Below are positions 29,731-39,807 of a stretch of 64,000 nt of DNA, piece after piece (position 1 is the stretch's first letter; each line of letters begins with the position of its first letter). The position numbers were made by a program, and so were the translations under genes. Source of the stretch: Limisphaerales bacterium. GTDB taxonomy: Bacteria; Verrucomicrobiota; Verrucomicrobiia; Limisphaerales; UBA1412. The notes beneath the pieces were generated by a model that saw only the letters and a list, made by a program, of their open reading frames with translations, did no database searches and was not told where the DNA came from. Location: assembly GCA_050949405.1 (NCBI GenBank), contig JBMNFQ010000001.1:168166-232165 (forward strand). Reading direction: 5' to 3'.

Positions 29731-30864
29731 TTACTCCTTTGGAGTCTCTGAAGCGGCCGGCTCTTCCTGAGCCTTATCCGGGGATTCCTTTTCTTCTCCC
29801 TCCCCGGCTGATACCAGAGGCAGCGGTATACTCGTCTGGGCCATCACTGCCGCCAGCAGCTTATTGCGCAGCTCTTCATTGGCGGTAACTTCCTTGGCGC
29901 AGGCATCCCGGCCCTGACCAATCAGGTTCCCATCAAACTGCAGCCAGGCGCCTCTCTTGGTCACGACACCGACCTGAAGCGCCGCATCGAGTATATTGCC
30001 TTCCTGGTTAATACCATGGTTAAAGAGAATATCAAACTCCGCCTCGGCAAAAGGAGGAGCCACCTTGTTTTTGACCACTTTGACCTTGGTCCGGTTGCCC
30101 AGCATCCCGCCTGTTGAATCCTTTATGATATCACGCCGCCGGATATCCAGCCGCACGCTGGCGTAAAACTTGAGCGCCTTGCCTCCGGGCGTCGTCTCCG
30201 GGTTCCCAAACATGACACCCAGCTTTTCGCGAATCTGATTGGTAAAAAGGCATAACGTCTTGGATTTACCCAAGATCGCAGTGAGCTTACGCAAGGCCTG
30301 GCTCATCAGCCGCGCCTGCATCCCCATCGTCGCCATCCCCATTTCACCTTCCAGCTCCGATTTGGGCACCAGCGCCGCCACCGAGTCCACCACCACCACG
30401 TCAAGCGCATTGGAGCGGACCAATGTTTCACAAATGGTCAGAGCCTCTTCTCCGCTATCGGGTTGGGAGACCAGGAGTTCATTCAGGTTCACCCCCAGCC
30501 GAGCCGCATAGTTTGGGTCCAAAGCATGTTCCGCATCGATAAAAGCAGCGGTGCCGCCCAGCTTTTGGGCATTGGCAATGACATGCAGCATCAGGGTCGT
30601 TTTGCCGGAGGATTCCGGTCCATAAATCTCCACCACCCTGCCTCTGGGCAAACCGCCCACGCCCAGCGCCAGGTCCAGCGTCAACGCGCCGGTCGGGATC
30701 ACCTCAATGTGCTGATGGGCCGCCTTGTCGCCCAGGCGCATGATGCTCCCCTCGCCGTAATGCTTGGTAATCGTGCTGATTGCCGCTTCCAAATCCTTTT
30801 TGCGCGCCGCCTGGAGGGCTGCCTCCTTATTTGAATCACTGCTTTTATCTGTTTTTGCTGCCAT
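29731..30864 (-). CDS. recA: Recombinase A
   Basis: [34 protein letters not shown] and [10 protein letters not shown] motifs. Confidence 0.99.
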   Translation of the reverse strand: MAAKTDKSSDSNKEAALQAARKKDLEAAISTITKHYGEGSIMRLGDKAAHQHIEVIPTGALTLDLALGVGGLPRGRVVEIYGPESSGKTTLMLHVIANAQKLGGTAAFIDAEHALDPNYAARLGVNLNELLVSQPDSGEEALTICETLVRSNALDVVVVDSVAALVPKSELEGEMGMATMGMQARLMSQALRKLTAILGKSKTLCLFTNQIREKLGVMFGNPETTPGGKALKFYASVRLDIRRRDIIKDSTGGMLGNRTKVKVVKNKVAPPFAEAEFDILFNHGINQEGNILDAALQVGVVTKRGAWLQFDGNLIGQGRDACAKEVTANEELRNKLLAAVMAQTSIPLPLVSAGEGEEKESPDKAQEEPAASETPKE

Positions 30865-31029
30865 AGTAAATTCAGTCTCCTGACCTGCTTCTATTGTGAG
30901 AGCTCTTCACGAAACAGTCAAAAACAAAGTTCTCCACTCCCGCCTTAATTTCTAAAGCCCATAGACTTCCTGGCCCCCTCTTCCGCCCCAAGCTTGACCC
31001 TGAGCCATGAAACCGGCTACCATTAGGCC

Positions 31030-31311
31030 ATGGGCGATAGCCAACATAGAGGCCAGCGCGCCTCGCGGAAAATGCTCCTGGGAATCGGTTTGGACTCCGA
31101 CGGTCACAAACGGATTACCACCGGTGAGAATTTCAAGCTCATCGGCGGCACCAAAGAGACCCACGAGGAGATGACCGAAAAGACGATTAAGATCAACGAA
31201 AAACTCTCCCGCAAAGGCAAGAACCTCGATAACGTCAGCCGGGAGGAGTTCGAAGATATTGCTCACTCCGTAGGGCTTGTTTCCTTCAAGAAGAAAAAGG
31301 ATAACGAGTAG
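31030..31311 (+). CDS. Small hypothetical protein
   Basis: 93 aa ORF (LLGIGLDSDGHKRITTGENFKLIGG...THEEMTE) with host-like codon usage. Confidence 0.65.
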   Translation: MGDSQHRGQRASRKMLLGIGLDSDGHKRITTGENFKLIGGTKETHEEMTEKTIKINEKLSRKGKNLDNVSREEFEDIAHSVGLVSFKKKKDNE

Positions 31312-31476
31312 AGCCCGCTCCCCTTTCTTGCCATGAGGTACCATCCAACAAGGGGAACTTCCGACAATTTTTTGAATATTCTGCTGGAGCATTGCCGCTA
31401 TTGTGGGGTAGCCTCGCCTGCAGTAAGGGATTCAATTGCCAGCTCCGGCGATTGAGTAAAAGGATAGACAAAACAG

Positions 31477-33021
31477 ATGAACGTTCCCCACCCGTTTTCA
31501 GCTTTAGTAATCTCCGCGGCACCGGAAGTCATTTTAATTCTCGCTTCCGTCATTATTTTCTCCATTCGTTCCAGCCGCCGTCTCGATGATATCTCGCCTC
31601 TGGGCAGCTTCTCTCATCTTCTGGCGGTTTCAGCCTGCCTCCTCTCCATCATCCCCGCCGGCTTCTATTACTTCATCCTCACCCAGGTAAAGGGCGGCAG
31701 ATGGATTGAGCACTCGGGCTTCCGGATCGATGGAACGATCCTGCCCATCAAAATCACCCTTCTTTTATTAGCCGTCCTGGCCCTCATCCTGTCGCGAGAG
31801 GAGAAGGCGCTGCCCCGGCCAGTCTCGGCTCCCGGGCACGATTACGGTCTGGCAGGCTCCCCGGGCTTCCTCCTCTTGAGCACGGCGGCCCTGATGATTT
31901 TTTGCAGCTCCGCCACTCTGGGCGTAGCCTTCCTCGGATTGGAATTTCTCGGGCTGGCCTGGGGGCTCTCCTGGATCTATCGGCAAAAGGCGCCGCGGGT
32001 ACGTCCGGCAGCGCCCGGCTTTTTTATCCCCTGGGCACTCTCTTCTTCGCTTCTCCTGCTGGGGTACAGCTTCCTTTACAGTGCGAGCGGTTCATCACTC
32101 TTGCGCCAGACGACGCCGCTGCTCTTCCGGCTCCAAAAATATCCGCTCTGGGTTCTGGCGTTCGCCATGCTTTTCATCGGGTTGGTCTTCAAGTTCGGCT
32201 ATCTCCCCCTGCGGCTCTCCAAACCGAAGCTGGGCAACCGCTACTCCCCTTCCATTCTGGCCTTCCATGCCGCCGTCATCCTCTGGGTCTCTTTCTGGAT
32301 TCTGGGCCTCTTCCTGACGACCGGCTCCTCCATTTTGCCCGGAGCGCGAGCGCCCCTGGCGGCACCTCTGGGCTGGAAGATATTCATCGCCCTCTTCAGC
32401 GCTTCTTTGATGATTTGGGGCAGCTTTGCCGCGCTTTTTCAGAGGAGCCTCTGCAGGATGATTCTCTATCTGGCATTGGTCCAGACCGGTTTTCTGGCGA
32501 TGACTCTCTCCTTTACCGATTACCAGATACTCCCTTTCCTTACCTGCTCGGGTCTGTTTCATACCTTGTCTCTCCTGGGTATCTGCGGTTTCTCCTCCAT
32601 TCTGATTCGTGCCACCGGCAGCGACCGGATTGAATCGCTCCGGTCTCTGGGGCGCTCCCAGCCTCTCCTGGGTGCCTGCATGGTGGTCTTCCTGCTTTCG
32701 TGGGTCGGATTGCCGCCGCTGGCCGGCTTCTGGAGCAAGCTCGGAGCGTTCACTCTGCTGTTCAAGCTTCGCGACTCTCACCTTTTTCTTCCGCTCTTTC
32801 TAAGTGCGGTTGCGCTCTGGGCGATGCTCCTCTCCCTCTGGCCGATTTATAAGGTATTGAAGAATCTCTATCACTCGCCCAACCACTCCGGGTTGGATGA
32901 TTTCCAGCCATTGCCCCTGAAGCCACAGGCTACGACCCGGGGAGTCCTTCTCCTCCTGGCGCTCGTATTGCTGGCTGCCGGCTTGGGGCGCTCTCACTGT
33001 ACCAACCTCTTTTTCCCCTGA
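31477..33021 (+). CDS. Stand-alone NuoN-like (proton-antiporter module) membrane protein
   Basis: APEVIL, FLGLEF, GLVFKFG and LSWVGLPPLAGFWSK motifs; about 14 hydrophobic helices. Confidence 0.75.
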   Translation: MNVPHPFSALVISAAPEVILILASVIIFSIRSSRRLDDISPLGSFSHLLAVSACLLSIIPAGFYYFILTQVKGGRWIEHSGFRIDGTILPIKITLLLLAVLALILSREEKALPRPVSAPGHDYGLAGSPGFLLLSTAALMIFCSSATLGVAFLGLEFLGLAWGLSWIYRQKAPRVRPAAPGFFIPWALSSSLLLLGYSFLYSASGSSLLRQTTPLLFRLQKYPLWVLAFAMLFIGLVFKFGYLPLRLSKPKLGNRYSPSILAFHAAVILWVSFWILGLFLTTGSSILPGARAPLAAPLGWKIFIALFSASLMIWGSFAALFQRSLCRMILYLALVQTGFLAMTLSFTDYQILPFLTCSGLFHTLSLLGICGFSSILIRATGSDRIESLRSLGRSQPLLGACMVVFLLSWVGLPPLAGFWSKLGAFTLLFKLRDSHLFLPLFLSAVALWAMLLSLWPIYKVLKNLYHSPNHSGLDDFQPLPLKPQATTRGVLLLLALVLLAAGLGRSHCTNLFFP

Positions 33022-33053
33022 CCGGGGTATTCCTTATTTTATCCAAAGTAGTC

Positions 33054-33842
33054 ATGATAAACCGCAAGACAACATCCAAAGCAAAGATTGATGAAGGAAG
33101 ATACAAAACTGAATCGATCCTTCAGCTCGAGACGCCTGACGGCCAATCAATCCCGATTCTGGTCAAACAGAGCCAGAGAGCCAGTCGGTTCTCCCTGCGG
33201 TTCGCAAATGGCCAACTGGTGGCGCCCCTTCCCCTGGAAGGATTTGCCACACTCTCACTACTTAAAGAATTCATCCTCTCCCGGACTCACTGGATACTAA
33301 AAATTATGGAACGGCACAAATCTCTTCCGCCTGAGTCCATTCCGACTCCCTGCCTGCCGGGAGCCTCCATAGAGATTCACGGAGAGTGGCAGCGTTTTAG
33401 CCTGCTCTCGATTTTTTCGACTCGGCGAGGCTGGGGCACTTTCAGCCTTGGCACTCTGCCAGAGCTCACGCTCCCCTTTGGCTGCGACGACTACAAACCG
33501 GCTATTGAAGAGGCGCTTAAGGCGGAAGCTCTCCGTCATATTCCTCCTCTCCTGGAGCGTCTGGCCGGCCAGATGGGGCTCACCTATAATCGGCTCACTC
33601 TGCGCTCCCAGCGCTCAAGGTGGGGCTCCTGTTCTTCCAAAAGGAATATCTCCATCAATTGGAGGGTGATTCATGCTCCGCTCTGGGTTCAGGAGTATCT
33701 CCTCATCCATGAGCTGGCCCACCTGAAGGAGATGAACCACTCCAAAAGGTTCTGGGCCATCGTCTCCTGCTTTTGCCCTGAGTACAAGGAGGCGCGCAAA
33801 TGGTTCAGGGAGCACCCGCTCCAGAGAGTTGAGCCTCTGTAG
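33054..33842 (+). CDS. YgjP/DUF45 family metal-dependent hydrolase
   Basis: SRWGSCS, YLLIHELAHL and NHSKRFW motifs. Confidence 0.9.
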   Translation: MINRKTTSKAKIDEGRYKTESILQLETPDGQSIPILVKQSQRASRFSLRFANGQLVAPLPLEGFATLSLLKEFILSRTHWILKIMERHKSLPPESIPTPCLPGASIEIHGEWQRFSLLSIFSTRRGWGTFSLGTLPELTLPFGCDDYKPAIEEALKAEALRHIPPLLERLAGQMGLTYNRLTLRSQRSRWGSCSSKRNISINWRVIHAPLWVQEYLLIHELAHLKEMNHSKRFWAIVSCFCPEYKEARKWFREHPLQRVEPL

Positions 33843-33988
33843 CTCTCCTACCTGCCTTTGCAGTAGAAGTTTTTAAAGAAAAGTATCGCTCCGGCTCCTC
33901 AGAGATACTATCCTTCCAGTGGCATCTGGCGCCGAGGTCCTGCCCCGTTGAAAGCCGGAACCTGAAAAGCCGCTTAACAGTAAACCAC

Positions 33989-35086
33989 ATGCAATTTATT
34001 GATCTTCAATCCCAATACCGCCGCATTAGTGACTCCATCAAAAACCGTATCGAAAAGGTACTCGAGCACGGCCAGTACATCCTCGGACCAGAGGTGAGAG
34101 AGCTGGAGGCGACTCTGGCCAATTACGTCGGCAGCAGGTATTGCGTCAGTACCGGCTCGGGCACGGTCTCGCTGGAGATGGCGCTGCGGGCTCTCAATAT
34201 CGGCCCGGGCGATGAGGTCATCACCACCCCTTATTCCTTTTTTGCGACGGCGGAAGTGATCTCCATTGTCGGCGCCAAACCGGTTTTTGTCGATATCCGC
34301 TCCAATACCTTCTGCATTGATGAAGAGCGGATTGAGGCGGCGATCACTCCCAGGACAAAGGCGATCATGCCTGTGAGCCTCTACGGACAGATGCCCGATA
34401 TGGAGAAGATCAACGAGGTGGCGGCCCGTCATGAACTGCCGGTTATTGAAGATGCGGCCCAGAGCTTTGGCTCTCGCCAGAAGGGCTTCTACAGTTGCGG
34501 GCTCTCCACCATCGCCTGCACCAGTTTTTATCCCGCCAAGCCGCTGGGTGCTTACGGTGAGGGCGGCGCGCTCTTTACCAACGATGAGGAGCTTTACCAG
34601 AAATTCCTCATGCTGCGCAACCATGGCAGTCTGAAGCGAGACGAGCACCTCCTGCTCGGGATGAATGCACGGCTTGATTCACTCCAGGCGGCCATCCTCC
34701 TCTCCAAGATGGAAGTCTTTGATGATGAAATCCTCCAGCGCAACCGCATTGCCGATTTCTATACCCGTCACCTGGGGACCCTCTGCATCCCTCCCCAGAC
34801 CGAGCCCGAAAACAGGCATGTCTATGCCCAGTACACCATCAGGACCCCGAAACGCGATGAGCTCCAATCGCTTTTAAATGAGGAGGGCATCCCGACGGTG
34901 ACTCACTACTCCCGCTGCCTGCATGAGCAGCCGGCTCTGACGATGCTCGGCCATAAAGCGGAGGATTTCCCGGTAGCGCTGGCCTGCTCGCGTCAGGTGC
35001 TCTGCCTGCCGATGTCTCCCTATTTATCAGAGGCTGACCAGGAGAAGGTAGTACACTCCATTCAGCGCCTGGCCAAAAAACTATGA
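33989..35086 (+). CDS. DegT/DnrJ/EryC1/StrS aminotransferase (WbpE-like)
   Basis: MQFIDL, YILGPEV, EDAAQSFG, SFYPAKPLGAYGEGG and NARLDSLQAA motifs. Confidence 0.93.
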   Translation: MQFIDLQSQYRRISDSIKNRIEKVLEHGQYILGPEVRELEATLANYVGSRYCVSTGSGTVSLEMALRALNIGPGDEVITTPYSFFATAEVISIVGAKPVFVDIRSNTFCIDEERIEAAITPRTKAIMPVSLYGQMPDMEKINEVAARHELPVIEDAAQSFGSRQKGFYSCGLSTIACTSFYPAKPLGAYGEGGALFTNDEELYQKFLMLRNHGSLKRDEHLLLGMNARLDSLQAAILLSKMEVFDDEILQRNRIADFYTRHLGTLCIPPQTEPENRHVYAQYTIRTPKRDELQSLLNEEGIPTVTHYSRCLHEQPALTMLGHKAEDFPVALACSRQVLCLPMSPYLSEADQEKVVHSIQRLAKKL

Positions 35087-36603
35087 GTCTCAAAGCAATC
35101 CCCCAGCATCCTCTGGCCCGAAAGCTCGGCATCGCCACCGAGGGCCTTTTTCTTTTTCTGGTATTGTTTGGTCCCTGGGCGTTTGGGACGACTCAGGAGT
35201 GGGCCATCCGGCTCCTTTGCCACGGCTCGCTGCTTTTCTTTGCCATGGCGCTGGCGCTTTACTTTCTGGATCGTCATTTTTCTTCACGCTACTTTTCCCA
35301 GGAGCAATCCCGCCACAAAGAGCGGCTCTGGGGCTGGGCCGATTGGCTCTTTATCGGCCTGGGGATTCTCTCGCTCCTCTACGTAGCATTGCAATGGTTC
35401 AATGCTCAGTCCGATTATTACGCCACCACCTATGAGTTCATCGATTATCCACATTGGGAGTGGCTCCCCAGCAGCTTTGATAAACGCTTTACCCTCTTTT
35501 ATCTCTTTAAATACACGGCCCTTTTCTTCACCTATCTGGGCGCGCGAATCCTCTTCCAGAGTGGACGCGCCCGGGGGCGGATGTTCACGCTCCGGATGGA
35601 GCGCTTTTTGTGGGTTGTCCTGGCGAGCACCTTCGTCATGGTAATTGTCGGCGCCTTCATGCGTCTGGATAAAACCACCACCCTGCTCTGGATGGTGGAG
35701 CGCTCGCGCTGGGCCGGCATCAACAACTCCTTTGGCCCCTACGGCTACCGCTCTTCTGCCGCTCAATATATGAACCTGCTCTGGCCTCTGGGCATCGCCT
35801 TCTGGTGGAGCCTCTCATCAGCTCTGGAATCCAGGGTCTTCCCCCGCTTTCGTGCTTATCTCAATCGGTATCTGGTGATCGTGGTATTGAGCCTCTTTGT
35901 GTTGGCAGGCGTCTGGATTGCCATCAGCCGCGGCGGTGTCTGGATTGCCAGCATTGTCTCGGTGCTCCTGTTGGCTCTGATTTGCCTGGATGCGCTTCGC
36001 GGAAAGCACAAGAGAATCTACTCCGCTCTGATCATCCTCCTGCTGCTGGCCGGTGCGGCCGGGCTCGGTCTGCAGGTGGCCGGCCAAGATGCCAGGCGCC
36101 TCTTGGAAACCGAAAGCTCAGGCCGTCTGGAGCAATATGAAGCCAGTTGGCCCATCTACCACGATTACCCCACCTACGGAGTCGGCGCCGGTGCCTACTA
36201 CTGCATGTATGATCTCTATCGCTCCGATACTTCCAGAGCCAAAGACCCCGATTTCACTTTCCCCTTTGCCCATAGCGATTGGCTCCAGCTCTTTATCGAG
36301 TTCGGCAATGTCGGCACCGCTCTGGTGGTCGCCCTGCTCCTTTGGGGATTGCTACTCCCCTGGGTCACGGGGCGTGGAACCTGGTTTATACGGCTGGCGA
36401 TGATACTCGCTTTTTCAACGGCATTGCTCCATGCGATTGTGGACCTCCCCTTCTATATCTTTTCGGTCTCCTGGCTCTTCGTCGTATTGATGGCCTTCTA
36501 TCATGCACTGGGCCCGGTTGGCAGGAAGCTGGCAGACGCTCCGGAGCGCTCCGGCTCCCGCAAACTCCGGCGCCGCGAAGTTACTCGGCACGCAAGCTCC
36601 TGA
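35083..36603 (+). CDS. O-antigen ligase (Wzy_C)-like membrane protein
   Basis: Many TM helices; SRGG, R...P..GVGAG and AHSDWLQ...EFG motifs. ATGA overlap with the DegT gene. Confidence 0.8.
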   Translation: MSLKAIPQHPLARKLGIATEGLFLFLVLFGPWAFGTTQEWAIRLLCHGSLLFFAMALALYFLDRHFSSRYFSQEQSRHKERLWGWADWLFIGLGILSLLYVALQWFNAQSDYYATTYEFIDYPHWEWLPSSFDKRFTLFYLFKYTALFFTYLGARILFQSGRARGRMFTLRMERFLWVVLASTFVMVIVGAFMRLDKTTTLLWMVERSRWAGINNSFGPYGYRSSAAQYMNLLWPLGIAFWWSLSSALESRVFPRFRAYLNRYLVIVVLSLFVLAGVWIAISRGGVWIASIVSVLLLALICLDALRGKHKRIYSALIILLLLAGAAGLGLQVAGQDARRLLETESSGRLEQYEASWPIYHDYPTYGVGAGAYYCMYDLYRSDTSRAKDPDFTFPFAHSDWLQLFIEFGNVGTALVVALLLWGLLLPWVTGRGTWFIRLAMILAFSTALLHAIVDLPFYIFSVSWLFVVLMAFYHALGPVGRKLADAPERSGSRKLRRREVTRHASS

Positions 36604-38308
36604 TCTTTCTCAGATCCGCTCGGGAGGGAGCCCGCCGTGCCGCGTTTTCCCACTGCTTCAGGAATTCTTTGCCTTTCTGCAGCGGGGCATACTCTTCATA
36701 GAGGCTCTTAAAAGTCTGATTCGCCTCTTTGTATTTCGCAAGCCGACTCAGCGCTTCTGCTTTCTGGAGAAGCGTCCAGCAGCGCTGAACATGGCTCAAC
36801 TCCCGGGATTGCCCGAGGAGGTTCTCCGCGACCATCAAAGCCTTTTCCCCCTGCTCCTCCTTCATGTAAAAGCGGATGAGCCACTGCCCCAGCGCCCAGT
36901 CCATCTGGTTATCCTTGTAAATCCCCTCTATATACTCAAGCACCTTCTCTTCTTCCATCGCCTTGAGCAGGTTCAGGTTCACCGTCTGTACCACGGCCCA
37001 ACCGGCCAGATACGGATACTCGCTAAAGGTTTTGATGAAGCGCTCAATCGGTGGAAGCCGAAACGGACGATAGAGCGGGTCCCCCACCACCGTCGTCTGC
37101 CATGACAATACCGGCAGCGCATGATAAGCCGCCTCGCCAAAAGAGGCCCCCCTGAGGAACCACTCCGCAAAAAGCCCCACATCCAGCGTCTGACCCAGGA
37201 ACGGCTCATCCACATATCCCACCGTGCAGGCGGCCCCCCGCTTCAGGAGCGGTCCCACCCAATGATTCGTATTCGAGTAGATATCCTGCGCGCTGAAAGA
37301 ATGCAGGTGATAGGCAAAGGCTCCCGGCACGAACTCGGCCAGCCCTTCCGCGAAAGGGCCGCTGGCGTTCCAGTCGTACCAGCCGGCATAAAAGGCGAGT
37401 GAGGGCAATGGCCGCTCGGCAGCTATCGTGGCCGGCTCCTCATCCAGCAAAAAGTCCAGCCCCGCAGTGCGCCACCAGTAAGCCGCCCGCCGCAGCCAGA
37501 GATCGCCCAACAGATAGCCGCGGTCTTCCTCACGCTCCGTCAACCCCCGCACATCGAAGCAACCCTGCCCCCAAAGCCCCTCTTCTTCAGCTTTGAGCGC
37601 CTTATCCACCAATCCCATGGCGATCTCGTCGCTTGGCCCGTCCAGCCGCGCCACCATGAGGAGATGCTTTTCGGGTCCCATTTGGGCTGGGGTCACCTGG
37701 GGTGCCGCGGCCTCATTGGGCAAAAATCCTTCCAGCCCATCAAAAGCAGGCAACTTCTCTTTGGACTGCCTGCGCAAAAAAACGGAAGCCAGCTCGCTAT
37801 CCACAGCGGCACCGCATTGCTTCTTCTGATCCAGCCGCCGTTTATCGTAAATCACGAAAGGAATCCCGCGGCAGAGCACCAGATACCGAATCCCACCGGC
37901 AGGCGCCTCCAAGGCGTTTGTGGAGTGCCCAAGCGTTAAAAGCCCCTTCTTTGAGAGCTGCTCCAGAATCGGCTTCTCAATCTGGTTTTCATAATCGCTG
38001 CGCTGGATGCCGCCGCTCCAGGCAGGGCTAATCGCGATCAGGTTATTGGTGGGGATGTTTCGCTTCTCCAGATAGTGACGCGCAATTTTGAGCGAGCCCG
38101 GATACTCCGTACTGTAGACCACCGCCGTTGCCAAAGCCTCCTCTTCAACACTGGGCCAGATAACGGCATTATTAGTGGCGGTTGTCGTATTAGTCGCCTT
38201 GTCGCTCTGCTCTTCCACCTCTGCAAAGGCTCCGAAAACTCCGCAGAAGAGGAGCGCCACCCCCAGTAATAGTCTGCTTGCCATCCTTATTTTGCACGGA
38301 ATACTCAT
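36581..38308 (-). CDS. TIGR03790 family protein with C-terminal TPR-like region
   Basis: S..IARHY...RNIP, AAVDSEL, ARLDGP, YHLHSFSA, GYVDEPFL and VGDPLYRPF motifs. Confidence 0.85.
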   Translation of the reverse strand: MSIPCKIRMASRLLLGVALLFCGVFGAFAEVEEQSDKATNTTTATNNAVIWPSVEEEALATAVVYSTEYPGSLKIARHYLEKRNIPTNNLIAISPAWSGGIQRSDYENQIEKPILEQLSKKGLLTLGHSTNALEAPAGGIRYLVLCRGIPFVIYDKRRLDQKKQCGAAVDSELASVFLRRQSKEKLPAFDGLEGFLPNEAAAPQVTPAQMGPEKHLLMVARLDGPSDEIAMGLVDKALKAEEEGLWGQGCFDVRGLTEREEDRGYLLGDLWLRRAAYWWRTAGLDFLLDEEPATIAAERPLPSLAFYAGWYDWNASGPFAEGLAEFVPGAFAYHLHSFSAQDIYSNTNHWVGPLLKRGAACTVGYVDEPFLGQTLDVGLFAEWFLRGASFGEAAYHALPVLSWQTTVVGDPLYRPFRLPPIERFIKTFSEYPYLAGWAVVQTVNLNLLKAMEEEKVLEYIEGIYKDNQMDWALGQWLIRFYMKEEQGEKALMVAENLLGQSRELSHVQRCWTLLQKAEALSRLAKYKEANQTFKSLYEEYAPLQKGKEFLKQWENAARRAPSRADLRKIRSLRAE

Positions 38309-38393
38309 AGTTTTCCCCGAGGAAGTCTATATGGGAGCCCCACATCGGAGCAAGAAGTTACGCTCTCATGGCGACTTCCGCCCGCTTCGCTCC

Positions 38394-39620
38394 CTAGCGC
38401 TTCCAAAACTTCCACCAGGGACTCCGCGCTTTTTCAACTGCCGGCAAAACCTCTTTTGGCGAAACGTTCGTTTTAGGTGCGGGAGAGGAGGATTCCTGGC
38501 CCAGCTCAAAGCGCCGAACATTTATCCGCCCCTCCGAAGCATTGCCCAGCTCCAAAAGGAGCGCGTTTTCCAGGAGCGTCCGCCCAGCCCAGGCAACATC
38601 CATCGGCACGCCAGCCTCCATTGCCCTGTCACGCCGAATATCCATCATCTTCCGGAAAGCCCGCGCATCCAGCGCAACGGGGTCCCGAGAAAACCAAAGC
38701 TCATTCAGCTCCTGCGTATAATGCAGGAAGCTGGCGCTCTGCCCGCGATATTGACAAAAAAGAGCATCCGTAATGCAAAGCACCACCTTGTCACCCACCG
38801 CCTCCATCGCATAAATCTCAGTCGCCGCCTCTGCCAAACGGTAGCCATCGGCTTCAAAACGCAAAAAATTATCCGTGCTCCCGCTGGCCAGACTGTAAAT
38901 ATGGCCAGTAGCCCCCAAAGAATTGTGATGGAGCAGAGGCGTCACCAGAATGATCCGCGTCACCTCCTGGCTCAGAAGTCTGCTGACAAAGGAGCGCCGC
39001 CCTGGCTGCTCTTCATCTGCCGAGAGCCCGGGCTCAATGCGAATAGCTGGCTCGACGCTCTTCTCCTCCTTTTGGGAGAGCCCCTGCCTCTCCTTCGCAA
39101 ACTCCACGTCTCCATAAACCAGACTTGAGGGGAAAAAGGAGCTGTAAAACACCTCTTTATCAAACCCGGCCTCCGCCGTTGCCTCCACACGCACTCCGCA
39201 TTCCTGAGCCAGCTTCACGAACCCGGCCCCATAAAGCGCCTCCCATGAGCGGTCCCAAATCACTATATGTTCTGCCGGCACTCCGGCCTCTCCAAGCAGC
39301 TCAATCAAAGCCCGCACCACCTCCGGCCGTACCCCGCCTGCTCCATCCTTCAGGGCATAGACCTTGATCCCGACGATGTCATCGGCCCCCACCAGTTTCC
39401 CGAGCCCCTCCGCCGCATCAGCGCTTCCCAGCAGCTCGCTAATCCCTCGGCGCATCATCGGCCCCAACGGCTCCTGCCGTGGCCGAAACACCTCCGTGGC
39501 GGCCCGATCATGGACCTCAACCACGAGCGAGCGCTCCGGAAGCGCTGCCTGCAACCCAAAAGCGGTGAAAAGACCAAGAACCAGCATCCTGATGCAAAAA
39601 GAATTATAAAAGGTTCTCAA
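38394..39620 (-). CDS. DUF362-domain protein
   Basis: DIVGIKV, IVIWDR and SRDPVALD motifs; signal peptide. Confidence 0.7.
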   Translation of the reverse strand: MRTFYNSFCIRMLVLGLFTAFGLQAALPERSLVVEVHDRAATEVFRPRQEPLGPMMRRGISELLGSADAAEGLGKLVGADDIVGIKVYALKDGAGGVRPEVVRALIELLGEAGVPAEHIVIWDRSWEALYGAGFVKLAQECGVRVEATAEAGFDKEVFYSSFFPSSLVYGDVEFAKERQGLSQKEEKSVEPAIRIEPGLSADEEQPGRRSFVSRLLSQEVTRIILVTPLLHHNSLGATGHIYSLASGSTDNFLRFEADGYRLAEAATEIYAMEAVGDKVVLCITDALFCQYRGQSASFLHYTQELNELWFSRDPVALDARAFRKMMDIRRDRAMEAGVPMDVAWAGRTLLENALLLELGNASEGRINVRRFELGQESSSPAPKTNVSPKEVLPAVEKARSPWWKFWKR

Positions 39621-39807
39621 CAGATACCCCTCCTTTCCGTTTTAATAAAATAGCTCTTTTTTCCCACAGTTAAAATCGGTATAATTCAACCCAGTGGGCT
39701 CTTTCCGTTAAGGCTATTGTCAGGCAAGCATCCGGAAATGCAAGCCTTTCTGCCCGAAACAGAGAGTTGAGGATGGATGTTTTAAAAAGAAGAGTTAAAA
39801 TGGAGCT

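Noticed and set aside
36581-36603. 23-bp tail-to-tail overlap of the O-antigen ligase-like and TIGR03790 genes
   Set aside because: Short convergent overlaps are common and carry no further signal.
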